Below are positions 36,713 through 46,963 of a stretch of 64,000 nt of DNA, piece after piece. How positions within the stretch are numbered: position 1 is the first letter of the stretch; each line of letters opens with the position of its first letter. The DNA comes from Deltaproteobacteria bacterium (GTDB taxonomy: Bacteria; Desulfobacterota; Binatia; UBA1149; CAYXZP01): the NCBI GenBank assembly GCA_046583365.1, contig JAYGCL010000027.1, forward strand, positions 13,311 through 77,310. Direction: 5' to 3'. The notes beneath the pieces were generated by a model. The model ran no database searches. It was not told where the DNA came from and saw only the letters and a list, made by a program, of their open reading frames with translations. A program made the translations under genes and the position numbers.

Positions 36713-38853
36713 GCCCTCACCCGTCGCACTTCCTTTACACCCGGAACCCGGCGCAGGTTACGCTTGATCCTGTCCAGATCCTCGGCGTTGCCCAGGGTAA
36801 CTTCGAAAATGTTGAGTGCCGAGGCTTTGCCTGTGGTTCTTACGTGGGCGCGGTCGATGTTGACCCCGGCCGAAGTGATGGCCTGACTCATGCCGGCCAG
36901 GAGCCCCGGCCGGTCTCGCGAGACAACCTCGATCTTGACCTGCCGCGAAGCCCTCGCTCCCTTGTCCCAACCTACCTCGACAATGCGCTCGGCGCTGGCC
37001 CCCAGAAGACGCTGGCAGGTGTTTGCATGCACCGTCACCCCCCGCCCCCGGGTCAGAACCCCGGAAATTTTCTCTCCAGGCAGCGGTTGGCAACATTTGG
37101 CAAAGTGCACCATCAACTCTTCGCCGGCATCCACTATAACCCCCTGCTTGGAACGCCTATCCAGAAAACGGAACAACGACTTGAGCCTGCGCCTGGGACT
37201 ACTGCTGTCGGCAATGGCCGTGGGCACCAGATGGGAGACAACGTCTTTGGGAACAATCCGGCCGTAACCAATCGATTCAAAGAGGCTCTCGATACTGGTT
37301 TGCCGGAAACGCTTAAGCAGTTCCGGCACTCGCCCCTCTCTGCGCAGGCGGGCAAAGTCGATCTGGTGGCGGGCCAGGTCGCGTTCGATGATCGTGCGCC
37401 CCAGCGCCTGGGCCTTTGCTCGCTCGTCCCTCTTCAAGCGGGCCATGATGCGCGCCTTGGCGCGGGGGGAGCGAACAAACTTGAGCCAATCGCGAACCGG
37501 GGCCTGCTCGTCGGTGGTGATAACCTCGACCGTGTCGCCGGATACCAATTGATAACGCAACGGAACCAACTGCCCGTTCACGCGGGCACCCGTGCAGTGG
37601 TCGCCTATTTCGGTGTGTATACGATAGGCAAAATCCACCACCGTCTCGCCCTTGGAAAACGACAAGGGCTCACCCTTGGGCGTGAACGCCAATACCTCCT
37701 CGGCAAACAGCTCCTCCTTGAGTGAATTGAGGAACTGCCGGGGGTCTTCAACGTGCTGGGACCACTCGAGCAGTTGGCGCAACCAGCCGAACTCGGCGGC
37801 GTCCTCGCCCGTGGCCCCTTCTTTTTTGTAGCGCCAGTGGGCGGCAATCCCGAATTCGGCCACCCGCTGCATTTCATGGGTCTTGACCTGCACTTCCATG
37901 CGCTCACCGTAAGGCCCTATCACCGTAGTGTGCAGGGACTGGTACATGTTGGCCTTGGGCAGGGCCACGTAGTCGCGGAAGCGTCCCGGCACCGGGCGCC
38001 AGTGTTTGTGGATAATGCCGAGGGCGTCGTAGCAGTCCCTCTCGCTGTCGACCAGGACTCGAAAGGCAACTATGTCCTGAATCTCATCGTAACCGAGCCC
38101 CTGGGCCTGCATCTTGCGATATATCGAATACGCCTGCTTGGGACGGCCCTTAATCTCGGCCTCAAGACCCGACTCCTCCAGGCGCTTGCCGATAAGTCCG
38201 CCCACCTCGCCGACGTAGCCGCCCCTTTCAATACGGCCCAGCGCCAGGGTCTCGCGAATCAGTTTGTACTCATCCGGCCACAACACCTGGAAGGATATTT
38301 CTTCAAACTCGGTCTTGAGCCAGTGGATGCCCAGACGGTGAGCAAGGGGGGCGTAGATTTCCAGACTCTCGCGCGCAACCCGCTGCTTTTTCTCCTCGCT
38401 TAAGTACTCGAGGGTACGCAGATTGTGGGTGCGGTCTGCAAGTTTGACCAACAGCACACGAATGTCGCGGGCACTGGCAAGAAACATCTTACGTATATTG
38501 TCGGCTTCGGTTGCAAGGTCGCCATGTTCGCTCGATTCGATGCGGCTTATCTTGGTAACACCATCGACCAGGGCCGCCACTTCGGACCCGAACTCATCGC
38601 GAATCTCCTCCAGCGTGGCCAGGGTGTCCTCAACCGTATCGTGCAAGAGGCCGGTAACCACCGTGGGCACATCGAGCTTCATCTCGGTGATGATGTTGGC
38701 CACCGCAACCGGGTGAACCAGATAAGGCTCCCCCGACATCCGCTTCTGCCCCTTGTGGACGCGGGCCGAGAAATTGTACGCGTTCTCGACCATGCCCAGG
38801 TCGGCGCCGGGATTGTACTCGCGGATGGCCCCCATGAGTTCGACCACATTCAT
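36709..38853 (-). CDS. rel: Bifunctional (p)ppGpp synthetase/hydrolase (Rel/SpoT)
   Basis: Intact HD motif (LLHDTVED), KLADRTHN, YQSLHT, GIAAHW, TGS, CCQPLPG and ACT domains. Confidence 0.96.
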   Translation of the reverse strand: MNVVELMGAIREYNPGADLGMVENAYNFSARVHKGQKRMSGEPYLVHPVAVANIITEMKLDVPTVVTGLLHDTVEDTLATLEEIRDEFGSEVAALVDGVTKISRIESSEHGDLATEADNIRKMFLASARDIRVLLVKLADRTHNLRTLEYLSEEKKQRVARESLEIYAPLAHRLGIHWLKTEFEEISFQVLWPDEYKLIRETLALGRIERGGYVGEVGGLIGKRLEESGLEAEIKGRPKQAYSIYRKMQAQGLGYDEIQDIVAFRVLVDSERDCYDALGIIHKHWRPVPGRFRDYVALPKANMYQSLHTTVIGPYGERMEVQVKTHEMQRVAEFGIAAHWRYKKEGATGEDAAEFGWLRQLLEWSQHVEDPRQFLNSLKEELFAEEVLAFTPKGEPLSFSKGETVVDFAYRIHTEIGDHCTGARVNGQLVPLRYQLVSGDTVEVITTDEQAPVRDWLKFVRSPRAKARIMARLKRDERAKAQALGRTIIERDLARHQIDFARLRREGRVPELLKRFRQTSIESLFESIGYGRIVPKDVVSHLVPTAIADSSSPRRRLKSLFRFLDRRSKQGVIVDAGEELMVHFAKCCQPLPGEKISGVLTRGRGVTVHANTCQRLLGASAERIVEVGWDKGARASRQVKIEVVSRDRPGLLAGMSQAITSAGVNIDRAHVRTTGKASALNIFEVTLGNAEDLDRIKRNLRRVPGVKEVRRVRA

Positions 38854-39506
38854 GTCTTTGCCTGGAAAGTATCCACCAGCCGCCTGAGCGCTCCGGGCTC
38901 TATGCCGTCGGCCACCTGCCCCTGGCCGCTGACGATTGCGGCCAACTCGGCAATCGCCCTGTCGAGGTCGTCGTTTATAACCACGTGATCGTAAGAAGAA
39001 GCCTCGGCAACCTCGGCGCAGGCGTTGTCCAGGCGGCGGCGGATGGTGTCGGCGGCATCGGTGCCGCGCCCCGACAGGCGCTCTTCCAACCTCTGTCTGG
39101 AGGGCGGCAGCAGAAACACCGAGACGGCATCGGGAAAGCGTGCCTTTATTTGCCGGGCCCCCTGCACGTCGATGTCCAGGATGACATCGTTACCGGCGGC
39201 GGTGGCCGCCTCGATCGCCGCCAGAGAAGTCCCATAACGATGGCCGTGTACTTCGGCCCACTCGGCAAACTCGCCACGGGCCAGCATACCGTCGAATCCC
39301 CGGTCGCTGATGAAGTGGTAGTCGACGCCGTCCCGCTCTCCCACCCTGGCCTCGCGAGTGGTTACCGACACGCTCATGGACATGGCCGGAAAACGCTCGA
39401 GGATGGGACCACACACGCTGGTCTTGCCGGCCCCCGACGGTCCGGAGACAATGAACAAACGGCTGGTGGCCCTCGCCGGTGATTTCTCTGGCATAGCTTC
39501 GGTCAC
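38850..39506 (-). CDS. gmk: Guanylate kinase
   Basis: SGPSGAGKT, SVTTR..R.GERDGVDYHF, LDIDVQGA, RGTD. Confidence 0.96.
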   Translation of the reverse strand: MTEAMPEKSPARATSRLFIVSGPSGAGKTSVCGPILERFPAMSMSVSVTTREARVGERDGVDYHFISDRGFDGMLARGEFAEWAEVHGHRYGTSLAAIEAATAAGNDVILDIDVQGARQIKARFPDAVSVFLLPPSRQRLEERLSGRGTDAADTIRRRLDNACAEVAEASSYDHVVINDDLDRAIAELAAIVSGQGQVADGIEPGALRRLVDTFQAKT

Positions 39507-40375
39507 TCGATGTTCTGGACCTGCTCGCGCAGTTTCTCCACCTCAGCCTTGCCGTCGACCACCAGACGGGTCACCTCGAGGTCGCCGGATTTGGAAGCAA
39601 TGGTGTTGAGTTCCCGGTTCACCTCCTGAAACAGGAAATCCATGCGCTTGCCCACCGGCCCTTTGACGGAAATCAATTTGGACAGAGCGCCCAGGTGGCT
39701 TTCCAACCTGACCAGTTCCTCGCTCACATCGGCCTTTTCCGCCATCAAGGCCGTCTCCTGTACTATACGGCCTCTGTCCACCCCTTCCCGGCCGGCAAGG
39801 GCACGCACCCTTTCCTCCAGGCGCTTCTTCAAACGACCGGCCTGCCCGGCGGTGCGCCGTTTCATACGCACATGCAAAGAGACCAGGGCTTTGAGCCGGG
39901 CGGCCATATCCCGGCCCAGGTGGGCCCCCTCCCTGTCCCTCTCCTGGGCGTGGACCTGCAGGGCTCGGGCGAGCAACCGCTTTACCACCTTGACCTCGGG
40001 TTCCGGCCGGGAGTTCTTTCCCGTGTGCTGAAAGATGTCGTTGCGGCCCTGCAAAAGAGAGAGGTCAACGTCACCGGTTAAAGAGAAATCCTTCTTGAGT
40101 TTTTTCCAGGCTTTAACCCAAGCGGCAGCAACTTCCGTCCTTACAACGATGGCACCGGACTGCGGCGCGGCGTTGCGTGCCACGTAGACTTCGACACGAC
40201 CGCGCCCCACGTGTTTTTGTACCAGACGTCTGAAGTCAGACTCCCAGGGCCCGTACTCGCGGGGGGCGGAAATTTTGATATCCAGGTAGCGCTGATTAAC
40301 CGACTTGACCTCCACGGCAAGTCCCACGCGGGTAGCCTGGCCGTCGGCGGCACCATATCCGGTCATGCTTCTCAT
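39503..40375 (-). CDS. yicC: YicC/YloC family endoribonuclease
   Basis: MRSMTGYG, KSVNQRYLD, EELVRLESH, GKRMDF..QEVNRELNTIASK, REQVQNIE. Confidence 0.95.
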   Translation of the reverse strand: MRSMTGYGAADGQATRVGLAVEVKSVNQRYLDIKISAPREYGPWESDFRRLVQKHVGRGRVEVYVARNAAPQSGAIVVRTEVAAAWVKAWKKLKKDFSLTGDVDLSLLQGRNDIFQHTGKNSRPEPEVKVVKRLLARALQVHAQERDREGAHLGRDMAARLKALVSLHVRMKRRTAGQAGRLKKRLEERVRALAGREGVDRGRIVQETALMAEKADVSEELVRLESHLGALSKLISVKGPVGKRMDFLFQEVNRELNTIASKSGDLEVTRLVVDGKAEVEKLREQVQNIE

Positions 40376-40387
40376 ACTGCCCCTATC

Positions 40388-41122
40388 CTAGCCCCGGTAG
40401 CCGCGTTCGAGCCAACGCCGCTGGTCGGGTTGCAGAACCAAGCCCGCCTGCCGCCCCAACTTGGTCATCGACCGCCAGAACCGGCCAACCCCCTTCTCGG
40501 CCAGACGGGCAACGTTGCCGTGTGACGAAAAGGCTTTGTCGAAATCAATAATCCAGACCCGGCCGCCGCCGTCAACGAGCAAGTTGTGGCCGGTCAGGTC
40601 GACGTGGTAGACGTCGGCATCGTGAAGGCCACGAATGGCTTTGCCCGCCGCGCTCAGTATAGACCGGCGGCCCTCGTCGTCGGCCTCGAGATAGACCGAG
40701 AACAGGCTGCGGCTGTTCTCCACGGCCGCGGTCACAATCCAGCCCCGGTAAAAAAGACCGGCCTCCTCGACACAGGCGGCCACGACCATGGGCACAGCAC
40801 AGCCCGACGCCCTGGCTTTCTCGGTCAAAACCAGTTCCCGCAAAGGCCGGGGTGGACGCAACAGGTAGAGGTCGCGGGTCAGGTGGCGGACAAATCCACC
40901 CCTCAAGTACTTCCTTATGTATACGACTTTGCCGCCTGCAAGCAGCAGGCGCCGTGTGCCCCCGCGTCCGCCCTCGGTAAAGGCGCGGGACTCCTGTCCC
41001 CCACCCCTCTCCTCGCGGCCGGGACCGGCCAGCAAAGCCACCATCTCCTGCAACTCAAGCCGACTGGCGACCACACGCAGAGAGCCGCGGTCCATCTCGA
41101 CGTAGCCTGCGGGGAGCTTCAC
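40388..41122 (-). CDS. kdkA: Kdo kinase (KdkA)/LPS kinase InaA family
   Basis: GGRG, RKYLRGG, HDADVYHVDLTGHNLL, WIIDFDK, RFWRS; lies in the lipid A cluster. Confidence 0.75.
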   Translation of the reverse strand: MKLPAGYVEMDRGSLRVVASRLELQEMVALLAGPGREERGGGQESRAFTEGGRGGTRRLLLAGGKVVYIRKYLRGGFVRHLTRDLYLLRPPRPLRELVLTEKARASGCAVPMVVAACVEEAGLFYRGWIVTAAVENSRSLFSVYLEADDEGRRSILSAAGKAIRGLHDADVYHVDLTGHNLLVDGGGRVWIIDFDKAFSSHGNVARLAEKGVGRFWRSMTKLGRQAGLVLQPDQRRWLERGYRG

Positions 41123-41143
41123 CGGATGCCACCTGCAACCGGC

Positions 41144-42133
41144 CTAGGGGACGTCGCGAACCTCCCTGCCGGTGGCCTCCTGCAAGGCGGCCTGGCCTTG
41201 TTCGCCGAGCCACTGCGCTTCCCTTTCCAACCCCTCCCTCAATCCCACCGCAGGGGCGTAGCCGATGGCCGCGGCGGCCTTGCCGGTGGAAGCCGCCGTG
41301 TGGCGTACGTCGCCTTTTTCAACCGCGAGGTTTTCGACCAGGGGCTCACGGCCAACGATCTCTCCGATGGTAGCGATGACCTCGTTGACGGTGGTGCGAC
41401 TGCCACCGCCGATGTTGAAGACTTCGCCTTCGACACCTTCGGCCTGGACGGCGGCGAGGTTGGCCGCCACGATGTCGGAAACAAAGGTAAAGTCGCGAGA
41501 CTGGCTACCGTCTCCATAGAGCTGGATGCGGCGCCCCGCCATCGTCGCGCGGATGAAACGGTTAAACGCCATGTCGGGGCGCTGCCTCGGGCCGTAGACG
41601 GTAAAGTAACGCAGCGACACCGTAGGCACCCCGTAGTTTTTGGCGTACAGCCAGGCCAGGTGCTCGGCGGCAAGCTTGGTCACTCCGTAAGGGGATACCG
41701 GCCTGGTCACACTGCTCTCGAGCATGGGCAGGTCAGGGGTATCCCCGTAGACCGAAGAAGAGGACGCGCAAACCACACGCTTCGGCTTGCTCGTCTTACA
41801 GGCTTCGAGCAGACGCTGGGTCGCGTAGACGTTGTTGTCACTGTAGATGCGGAAGTCCTCCCCCCAACTCGACCGTACACCGGCCTGGGCAGCCTGGTGA
41901 AAGACCCAGTCGACTCCCTCAAGAAGGCCATTGAGGTCGAGGCTGAGGAGGTCGCCTTCGACGAAAGTGAAATTGCGGTTGGCGCGGGCCTCCTTGAGGT
42001 TGCCTTCCTTTATACGGCGCGGGTAGTAGTCGAGAAAACAATCTACACCGGCAACCTCGTGACCCGCCTCCAGCAGAGCATCCGATATGTGGGAACCGAC
42101 GAAACCCGCCGCACCTGTGACCAAAGCCTTCAC
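41144..42133 (-). CDS. NAD-dependent nucleotide-sugar epimerase/dehydratase
   Basis: TGAAGFVGSH, AAQAGVR, SSSSVYG, SPYGVTK, RYFTVYGPRQRPDMA. Confidence 0.92.
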   Translation of the reverse strand: MKALVTGAAGFVGSHISDALLEAGHEVAGVDCFLDYYPRRIKEGNLKEARANRNFTFVEGDLLSLDLNGLLEGVDWVFHQAAQAGVRSSWGEDFRIYSDNNVYATQRLLEACKTSKPKRVVCASSSSVYGDTPDLPMLESSVTRPVSPYGVTKLAAEHLAWLYAKNYGVPTVSLRYFTVYGPRQRPDMAFNRFIRATMAGRRIQLYGDGSQSRDFTFVSDIVAANLAAVQAEGVEGEVFNIGGGSRTTVNEVIATIGEIVGREPLVENLAVEKGDVRHTAASTGKAAAAIGYAPAVGLREGLEREAQWLGEQGQAALQEATGREVRDVP

Positions 42134-42175
42134 CTACAATAACCTCCAAACGTGCAACGCCGGTCGATGATGCGG

Positions 42176-43174
42176 TCAGGCCCTGTTCGGGTCAAACTCA
42201 AGTATGCGCGATATGATCTCCTCTTCCTCGCTGACCTTTATCGCGATGCGCAATGCCAACAGCTGCGCAGGCGTGACATCGAGGTCGGCTAGTTTCACGA
42301 GATCCTTTTCGGTGGTGACCACCAGGTCGGCTTGCAGAGAGGCGTTTCTTATTTTTTCGAGATCGTCCGGGCCGTAACAGTGGTGGTCGGCAAACAGGAG
42401 GGTCTCGACGATTTCGGCGCCGGCCTCCCTCAACATACCGACAAACGCCTCGGGACCGGCAATGCCGGCTACGGCCAGCACACGCGCGCCGCCGAGACGC
42501 GACAGTTCGAGGTCGGGTAGTTCACTCTCCACACTGGTTACCAGGCCAAGGGCAGAGCGACGGACTTCGACCACCAGGTCGGCACGCCCGAGGGCCGCAA
42601 GCGGCTCCCGTAAGGGTCCTGCCGGCAGCAACTCACGTTCGTGGTCCGGGTCGGGAGCGATCACCAGGTCAAGGTCGCGGGCCAGACGGCGGTGCTGAAA
42701 ACCATCGTCCATAATGACCAGGTCGGGAGAGAAGCGGGCCACTGCCAACCTGGCTGCAGCAACCCTGTCTTTGCCGGTAACCACCGGACAGGCGGCCCGC
42801 AAGGCCACCAACACGGCTTCATCGGCGGCCCCATCGGCGTCTTCCAGACGGCCGCCTTCGCCACCAACCACCCTCACTGAGCCAGCGTTGCCACCATAGC
42901 CCCGAGAGACCACCACCACCGACAGGTCGGCGGCTTTAACCTTTCTGACCATCCACAGCACCAACGGGGTCTTACCACTGCCGCCCACACTTATGTTGCC
43001 GATACTGATGACCCGGCAATCCACCCGCTGTGCGGGCAGCAAACCGCTGTCGTAGAGCAGACCACGAGCCGCAACCAGCCCGGCAAAGATCCGTGACAGC
43101 GCCAACAACAACACACGCAAGGGCCACGGCGGGCTGCCCGCCCGAGACCAGAGTTCACGAAAAAAGACCTTCAT
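42176..43174 (-). CDS. lpxK: Tetraacyldisaccharide 4'-kinase
   Basis: SIGNISVGGSGKTP, SRGYG, MDDGFQH, LLPAGPLRE, TTEKD. Confidence 0.95.
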   Translation of the reverse strand: MKVFFRELWSRAGSPPWPLRVLLLALSRIFAGLVAARGLLYDSGLLPAQRVDCRVISIGNISVGGSGKTPLVLWMVRKVKAADLSVVVVSRGYGGNAGSVRVVGGEGGRLEDADGAADEAVLVALRAACPVVTGKDRVAAARLAVARFSPDLVIMDDGFQHRRLARDLDLVIAPDPDHERELLPAGPLREPLAALGRADLVVEVRRSALGLVTSVESELPDLELSRLGGARVLAVAGIAGPEAFVGMLREAGAEIVETLLFADHHCYGPDDLEKIRNASLQADLVVTTEKDLVKLADLDVTPAQLLALRIAIKVSEEEEIISRILEFDPNRA

Positions 43175-43177
43175 CAC

Positions 43178-44461
43178 CTACAGCAACTCCACCACCGCCT
43201 GGACGGTAGATGCCAAAGCCCCGCTGCTCGTGGCCACCACCCCCTGGCCGCGGGCACCGCTTGCACGGGCACCGTCGGGGTCGGCCAACCAACCGCCCCA
43301 GACGCGGGCAAGGTCGGCGGGGTCGGAGACCATGGTAAGTGCTCCGGCCCGCTCCAGAAGTTCGGCCTGGTCTCTTACGTTGTCCAGGTGGGGACCACAG
43401 ACTACCGGCAAACCAAAAGCCGCCGGTTCGAGAAGATTGTGTCCGCCGATACGGCTGATGGTCCCCCCCACGAAACAACCGATCGACGCTTTCATGAAGC
43501 CCCGCAGATGTCCCACGCTGTCCACTATCAGCACATCCCAGTCTTGCCCCGGCTGGGCCTGGCTCCACCGTACACAGCGCAGGTCCTTTTGCCGGGCTTC
43601 ATTCTCCACCGCCCCCACGCGTTCGGGATGACGAGGCGCCACCACCAGGCGGGTTCCCGGGTGGTCGCCGAGTACGCGGGCAAAGGCTGCCACCACCGCC
43701 TCCTCCTCTCCATTCCTGGTCGAGGCCGCAACCAGCACCGCCCCCGGCAAAGCGTAAGCTTCGAGCAGGTCGCGGGTGTCTCGAACATCGGCGGCCGAGA
43801 GGCTGTCAAACTTTATGTCGCCGCTTACCTTCAGACGTGAGGCCGGCAGTCCCAACCCCAGCAGACGCGAAGCCGACTCGTCATCGCGGGCCAGGGTGAG
43901 ACTGAGGGTGGCCAGTATGGGAGCGACCACCGCGCTCACGCGCCGGTAGGCGGGAAAGGAACGGGACGAGATGCGGGCGTTGACCAACACGCTTGCCACC
44001 GAACGCCGGGCCAACTCGCTGAGCAGCGTCGGCCAGATCTCGGTTTCGACAAAGACAAAGAGGGCGGGATTGAGACGGTCGAGCACCACACCGACAACAC
44101 GGGGATGGTCCAGGGGTAAGTAAAAGATCCTGTCCAGATCAAAGGCCTCGGCGGCCAGGCGTCCGGTCGGGGTGTTGCAACTGAGCACCAACACCAGATC
44201 CTCACGCCTCTTTCTCAACTCCCTGGCCAACACCCCGGCGATACGAACCTCCCCTACCGAGGCCGCGTGCAACCAGACCACCGGCCCCCCTGTGGCGGGT
44301 GGCTGCCAATGTCCCAGCCTTTCCCCCAGGGCCTGGCGGGAGCCGGCAGACAGAGGCAGGAAGCGGTAGGCCACCCAACCGATTGCGTAGACCACGGTGG
44401 CCACCCCACGGTAAAGGGCCATCGCCATGCGGCCCGCAGGCCCGAAGACCGGTGCGGCCAT
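43178..44461 (-). CDS. waaA: Kdo transferase
   Basis: WLHAASVGE, ETEIWP, NARIS, ASTR.GEE, APRHPER, GGHNLLEPA. Confidence 0.95.
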   Translation of the reverse strand: MAAPVFGPAGRMAMALYRGVATVVYAIGWVAYRFLPLSAGSRQALGERLGHWQPPATGGPVVWLHAASVGEVRIAGVLARELRKRREDLVLVLSCNTPTGRLAAEAFDLDRIFYLPLDHPRVVGVVLDRLNPALFVFVETEIWPTLLSELARRSVASVLVNARISSRSFPAYRRVSAVVAPILATLSLTLARDDESASRLLGLGLPASRLKVSGDIKFDSLSAADVRDTRDLLEAYALPGAVLVAASTRNGEEEAVVAAFARVLGDHPGTRLVVAPRHPERVGAVENEARQKDLRCVRWSQAQPGQDWDVLIVDSVGHLRGFMKASIGCFVGGTISRIGGHNLLEPAAFGLPVVCGPHLDNVRDQAELLERAGALTMVSDPADLARVWGGWLADPDGARASGARGQGVVATSSGALASTVQAVVELL

Positions 44462-45192
44462 CAGGTGCACTCCTGGCGGCGGCCGACCAAGCCGTCGGCC
44501 CGGCGGCAAGCTTCGGACAAGCGTTCTTCCAATTGAAGGCGAAGGCTTTCGCTTAAGTCGCCGTCACGCTTGCCGGTAGCCAGAGAGTCCGTCTCCAGCG
44601 GTTCGGCCACAACACAGACCACCCTGGCGCCGGGCAGCGGCAACATCATCCTGTCCCAGCTGGCCATGCGTATGCAGGGGCGGGCACTGAAGACCAGAGG
44701 AAACAACGGCGCACCTGAGGACAGTGCAATATCCACAACCCCCGACTTGGCCGTCCCCGCCGGACCCCGGGGCCCATCGGCGACAATGGCCACGTCGTTG
44801 CCCCGCCTGAGTGCGCGCACCAGGCCGAGGGTCCCACCCACGGCCCGGCGGCTGGAAGACCCACGCGTGGCCTGTATGCCAAGACGCGCCAGCGCGCGGG
44901 CGATGATCTCACCGTCACGGTGGGTACTGCTCAGTATGTAGGCCCCCGGCCCGCGGTACATGAACGGCAGCATCAGGGAGCGGCCATGCCAGCCGACCAT
45001 TACAACCGCACGCCCACTCTTCCATGCCTCGCTCAATGGCTCAAGACCGTGGATCTCAAAACGGGTGGTGTAACGGATAAAGCACAGCAGAGCCCAGGCA
45101 AGCCCTCCCAGTACCGCCACCTCCCACCGAGCAAACCAGTCTCGCTGGCGCAGGCGTCTGATGAGATTGGGTTTTTTAGTCGAAGTGCTCAC
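44461..45192 (-). CDS. DUF374 lysophospholipid-acyltransferase family protein (LpxJ-like)
   Basis: WHGR, S.HRDGEII, RGSSSR, DGPRGP, SWDR..LPLP motifs. Confidence 0.85.
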   Translation of the reverse strand: MSTSTKKPNLIRRLRQRDWFARWEVAVLGGLAWALLCFIRYTTRFEIHGLEPLSEAWKSGRAVVMVGWHGRSLMLPFMYRGPGAYILSSTHRDGEIIARALARLGIQATRGSSSRRAVGGTLGLVRALRRGNDVAIVADGPRGPAGTAKSGVVDIALSSGAPLFPLVFSARPCIRMASWDRMMLPLPGARVVCVVAEPLETDSLATGKRDGDLSESLRLQLEERLSEACRRADGLVGRRQECT

Positions 45193-46963
45193 CACCGCTG
45201 TCGGGAAAATCGCGAAACTGCATTGCATACAGGCGCTGGTACAACTGCCCCTGTTCGATCAGCTCCGCGTGAGTGCCCGACTCTACTATGCGGCCCTCGG
45301 AGACCACAACGATTTTGTCGGCCCGGTCAACGGTGGACAAACGGTGCGCGATGACCAGGGTCGTGCGATTTTCCATGGCCCTTTCTATGGCCTCCTGCAC
45401 CAGACGTTCCGAGGCCGCGTCCAGTGCGCTGGTGGCCTCGTCGAGAATCAGGATGGGAGAATCCTTGAGCAACGCACGGGCAATGGCGATCCTCTGCCTC
45501 TGCCCCCCCGAAAGCTGTACCCCGAGCTCTCCGACCACCGTGTCGTAGCCCTCGGGCAGTTGGCGTATGAACTCATCGGCATTGGCGGCCCTGGCTGCCT
45601 CGACGATTGCATCTTCGGTGGTCTCTATACGGCCATAGGCGATGTTGTTGCGAACGCTGTCGTTGAACAGAAAGGTGAACTGCGTGACCACCGAGATCTG
45701 CGAGCGCAGGGAAGAAAGGTCGAAGTCACAGATGTCGGTGCCGTCGATAGTGATGCGGCCCGTCCCCACCTCGTAGAAACGCGGGATAAGGTCCGCCAGG
45801 GTGCTCTTGCCTCCACCACTGGGGCCGACCAGGGCCACTACATCGCCAGCCCCGATATCAAAACTCACGCCGTGGAGAACATTCTCCTGCCCGTAGGCAA
45901 ACCTCACATTTTCAAAACGAATGCCCTGCTGTAACCCCGTCAACGACCGGTCGCCCGTGCGTTGGTGGGCTTCGGGTTCGCAATCGACCAGTTCAAAGAT
46001 TCTCTCGGCTGCACCCAGGCCGGCCTGAACCAGGTTGTTGGTACGAACGATTTTCTTGAAGGGGTCATATATAAGCACCAACGCCGTCAGAAACGCGATG
46101 AAACTCCCCGGCGTACGGCCACCGGCAACAACCGACGCGCCGCCGATCCACAACACCCCCGCGATACCCAGGGCCGCCAGGACCTCCATCATCGGGGCGG
46201 TAAAAGCCTTTATCCTGGCCGCCTTCATGTGCAGCCCGAACAAGCGAAGGTTCTCGGCCTCGAAGCGCTTCTTCTCGTAGTCCTCCATACCGAAGGCCTT
46301 GACCACCCGGTTGCCGAGTATGGTTTCCTGGAGAAGAGCCGTAAGACGGCCGAGGGTGTCGAGGCCCCGGTGGCTCAGGTTTTTCATCTTCCGCGACAGC
46401 CCCTGCAGAGGCAGCACCACGGCGGGAAACACGATGAAAGAAACCAGGGCCAGGGTGCTGTCGATATAAAAAGAGACCCCCACCAGCACCACCACGGTAG
46501 TGGTGTCGCGGATCATGGCAGCCGCCCCCTCGGTCAAGGCCTGCCGTACCAACAACACATCGGTGGTGACCCGCGACAGCACACTGCCACTGGCCGTACG
46601 GTCGAGGTAAGAAAGCGGCAGGTGTTGAATACGGTCGTTGAGTTCCTGGCGTATATCAAAAACGATTTTCTGGCCCACGTATTCGCCGAGATAGGCCTGG
46701 CCGAAATTTACCGCGGCCCTGATAACGAAAACCACCAGTATGAGCAGGGGCATGAGCGCCACCATGCGTTGGTTGCCGGCCTGCAGGACATCGTCCACCA
46801 GACTGCGGACCAGATAGGGCACCGCCCCCGAGGTGGCGCTGTAGATGGTCATACAAACCATGGCGGCAGCAAAGTAAGGCCACAGGTAGGGACGCAGATA
46901 GGCGAGCAGGCGCCGCCCGGTGTGCCAGGAATTTACGCGCAGCTCCGTGTCCTGGGTGCTCAC
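45176..46963 (-). CDS. msbA: Lipid A exporter ABC permease/ATPase
   Basis: Six-TM domain plus GPSGGGKST, LSGGQRQR, LDEATSALD. GTGA overlap with the lpxB stop. Confidence 0.92.
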   Translation of the reverse strand: MSTQDTELRVNSWHTGRRLLAYLRPYLWPYFAAAMVCMTIYSATSGAVPYLVRSLVDDVLQAGNQRMVALMPLLILVVFVIRAAVNFGQAYLGEYVGQKIVFDIRQELNDRIQHLPLSYLDRTASGSVLSRVTTDVLLVRQALTEGAAAMIRDTTTVVVLVGVSFYIDSTLALVSFIVFPAVVLPLQGLSRKMKNLSHRGLDTLGRLTALLQETILGNRVVKAFGMEDYEKKRFEAENLRLFGLHMKAARIKAFTAPMMEVLAALGIAGVLWIGGASVVAGGRTPGSFIAFLTALVLIYDPFKKIVRTNNLVQAGLGAAERIFELVDCEPEAHQRTGDRSLTGLQQGIRFENVRFAYGQENVLHGVSFDIGAGDVVALVGPSGGGKSTLADLIPRFYEVGTGRITIDGTDICDFDLSSLRSQISVVTQFTFLFNDSVRNNIAYGRIETTEDAIVEAARAANADEFIRQLPEGYDTVVGELGVQLSGGQRQRIAIARALLKDSPILILDEATSALDAASERLVQEAIERAMENRTTLVIAHRLSTVDRADKIVVVSEGRIVESGTHAELIEQGQLYQRLYAMQFRDFPDSGGEHFD

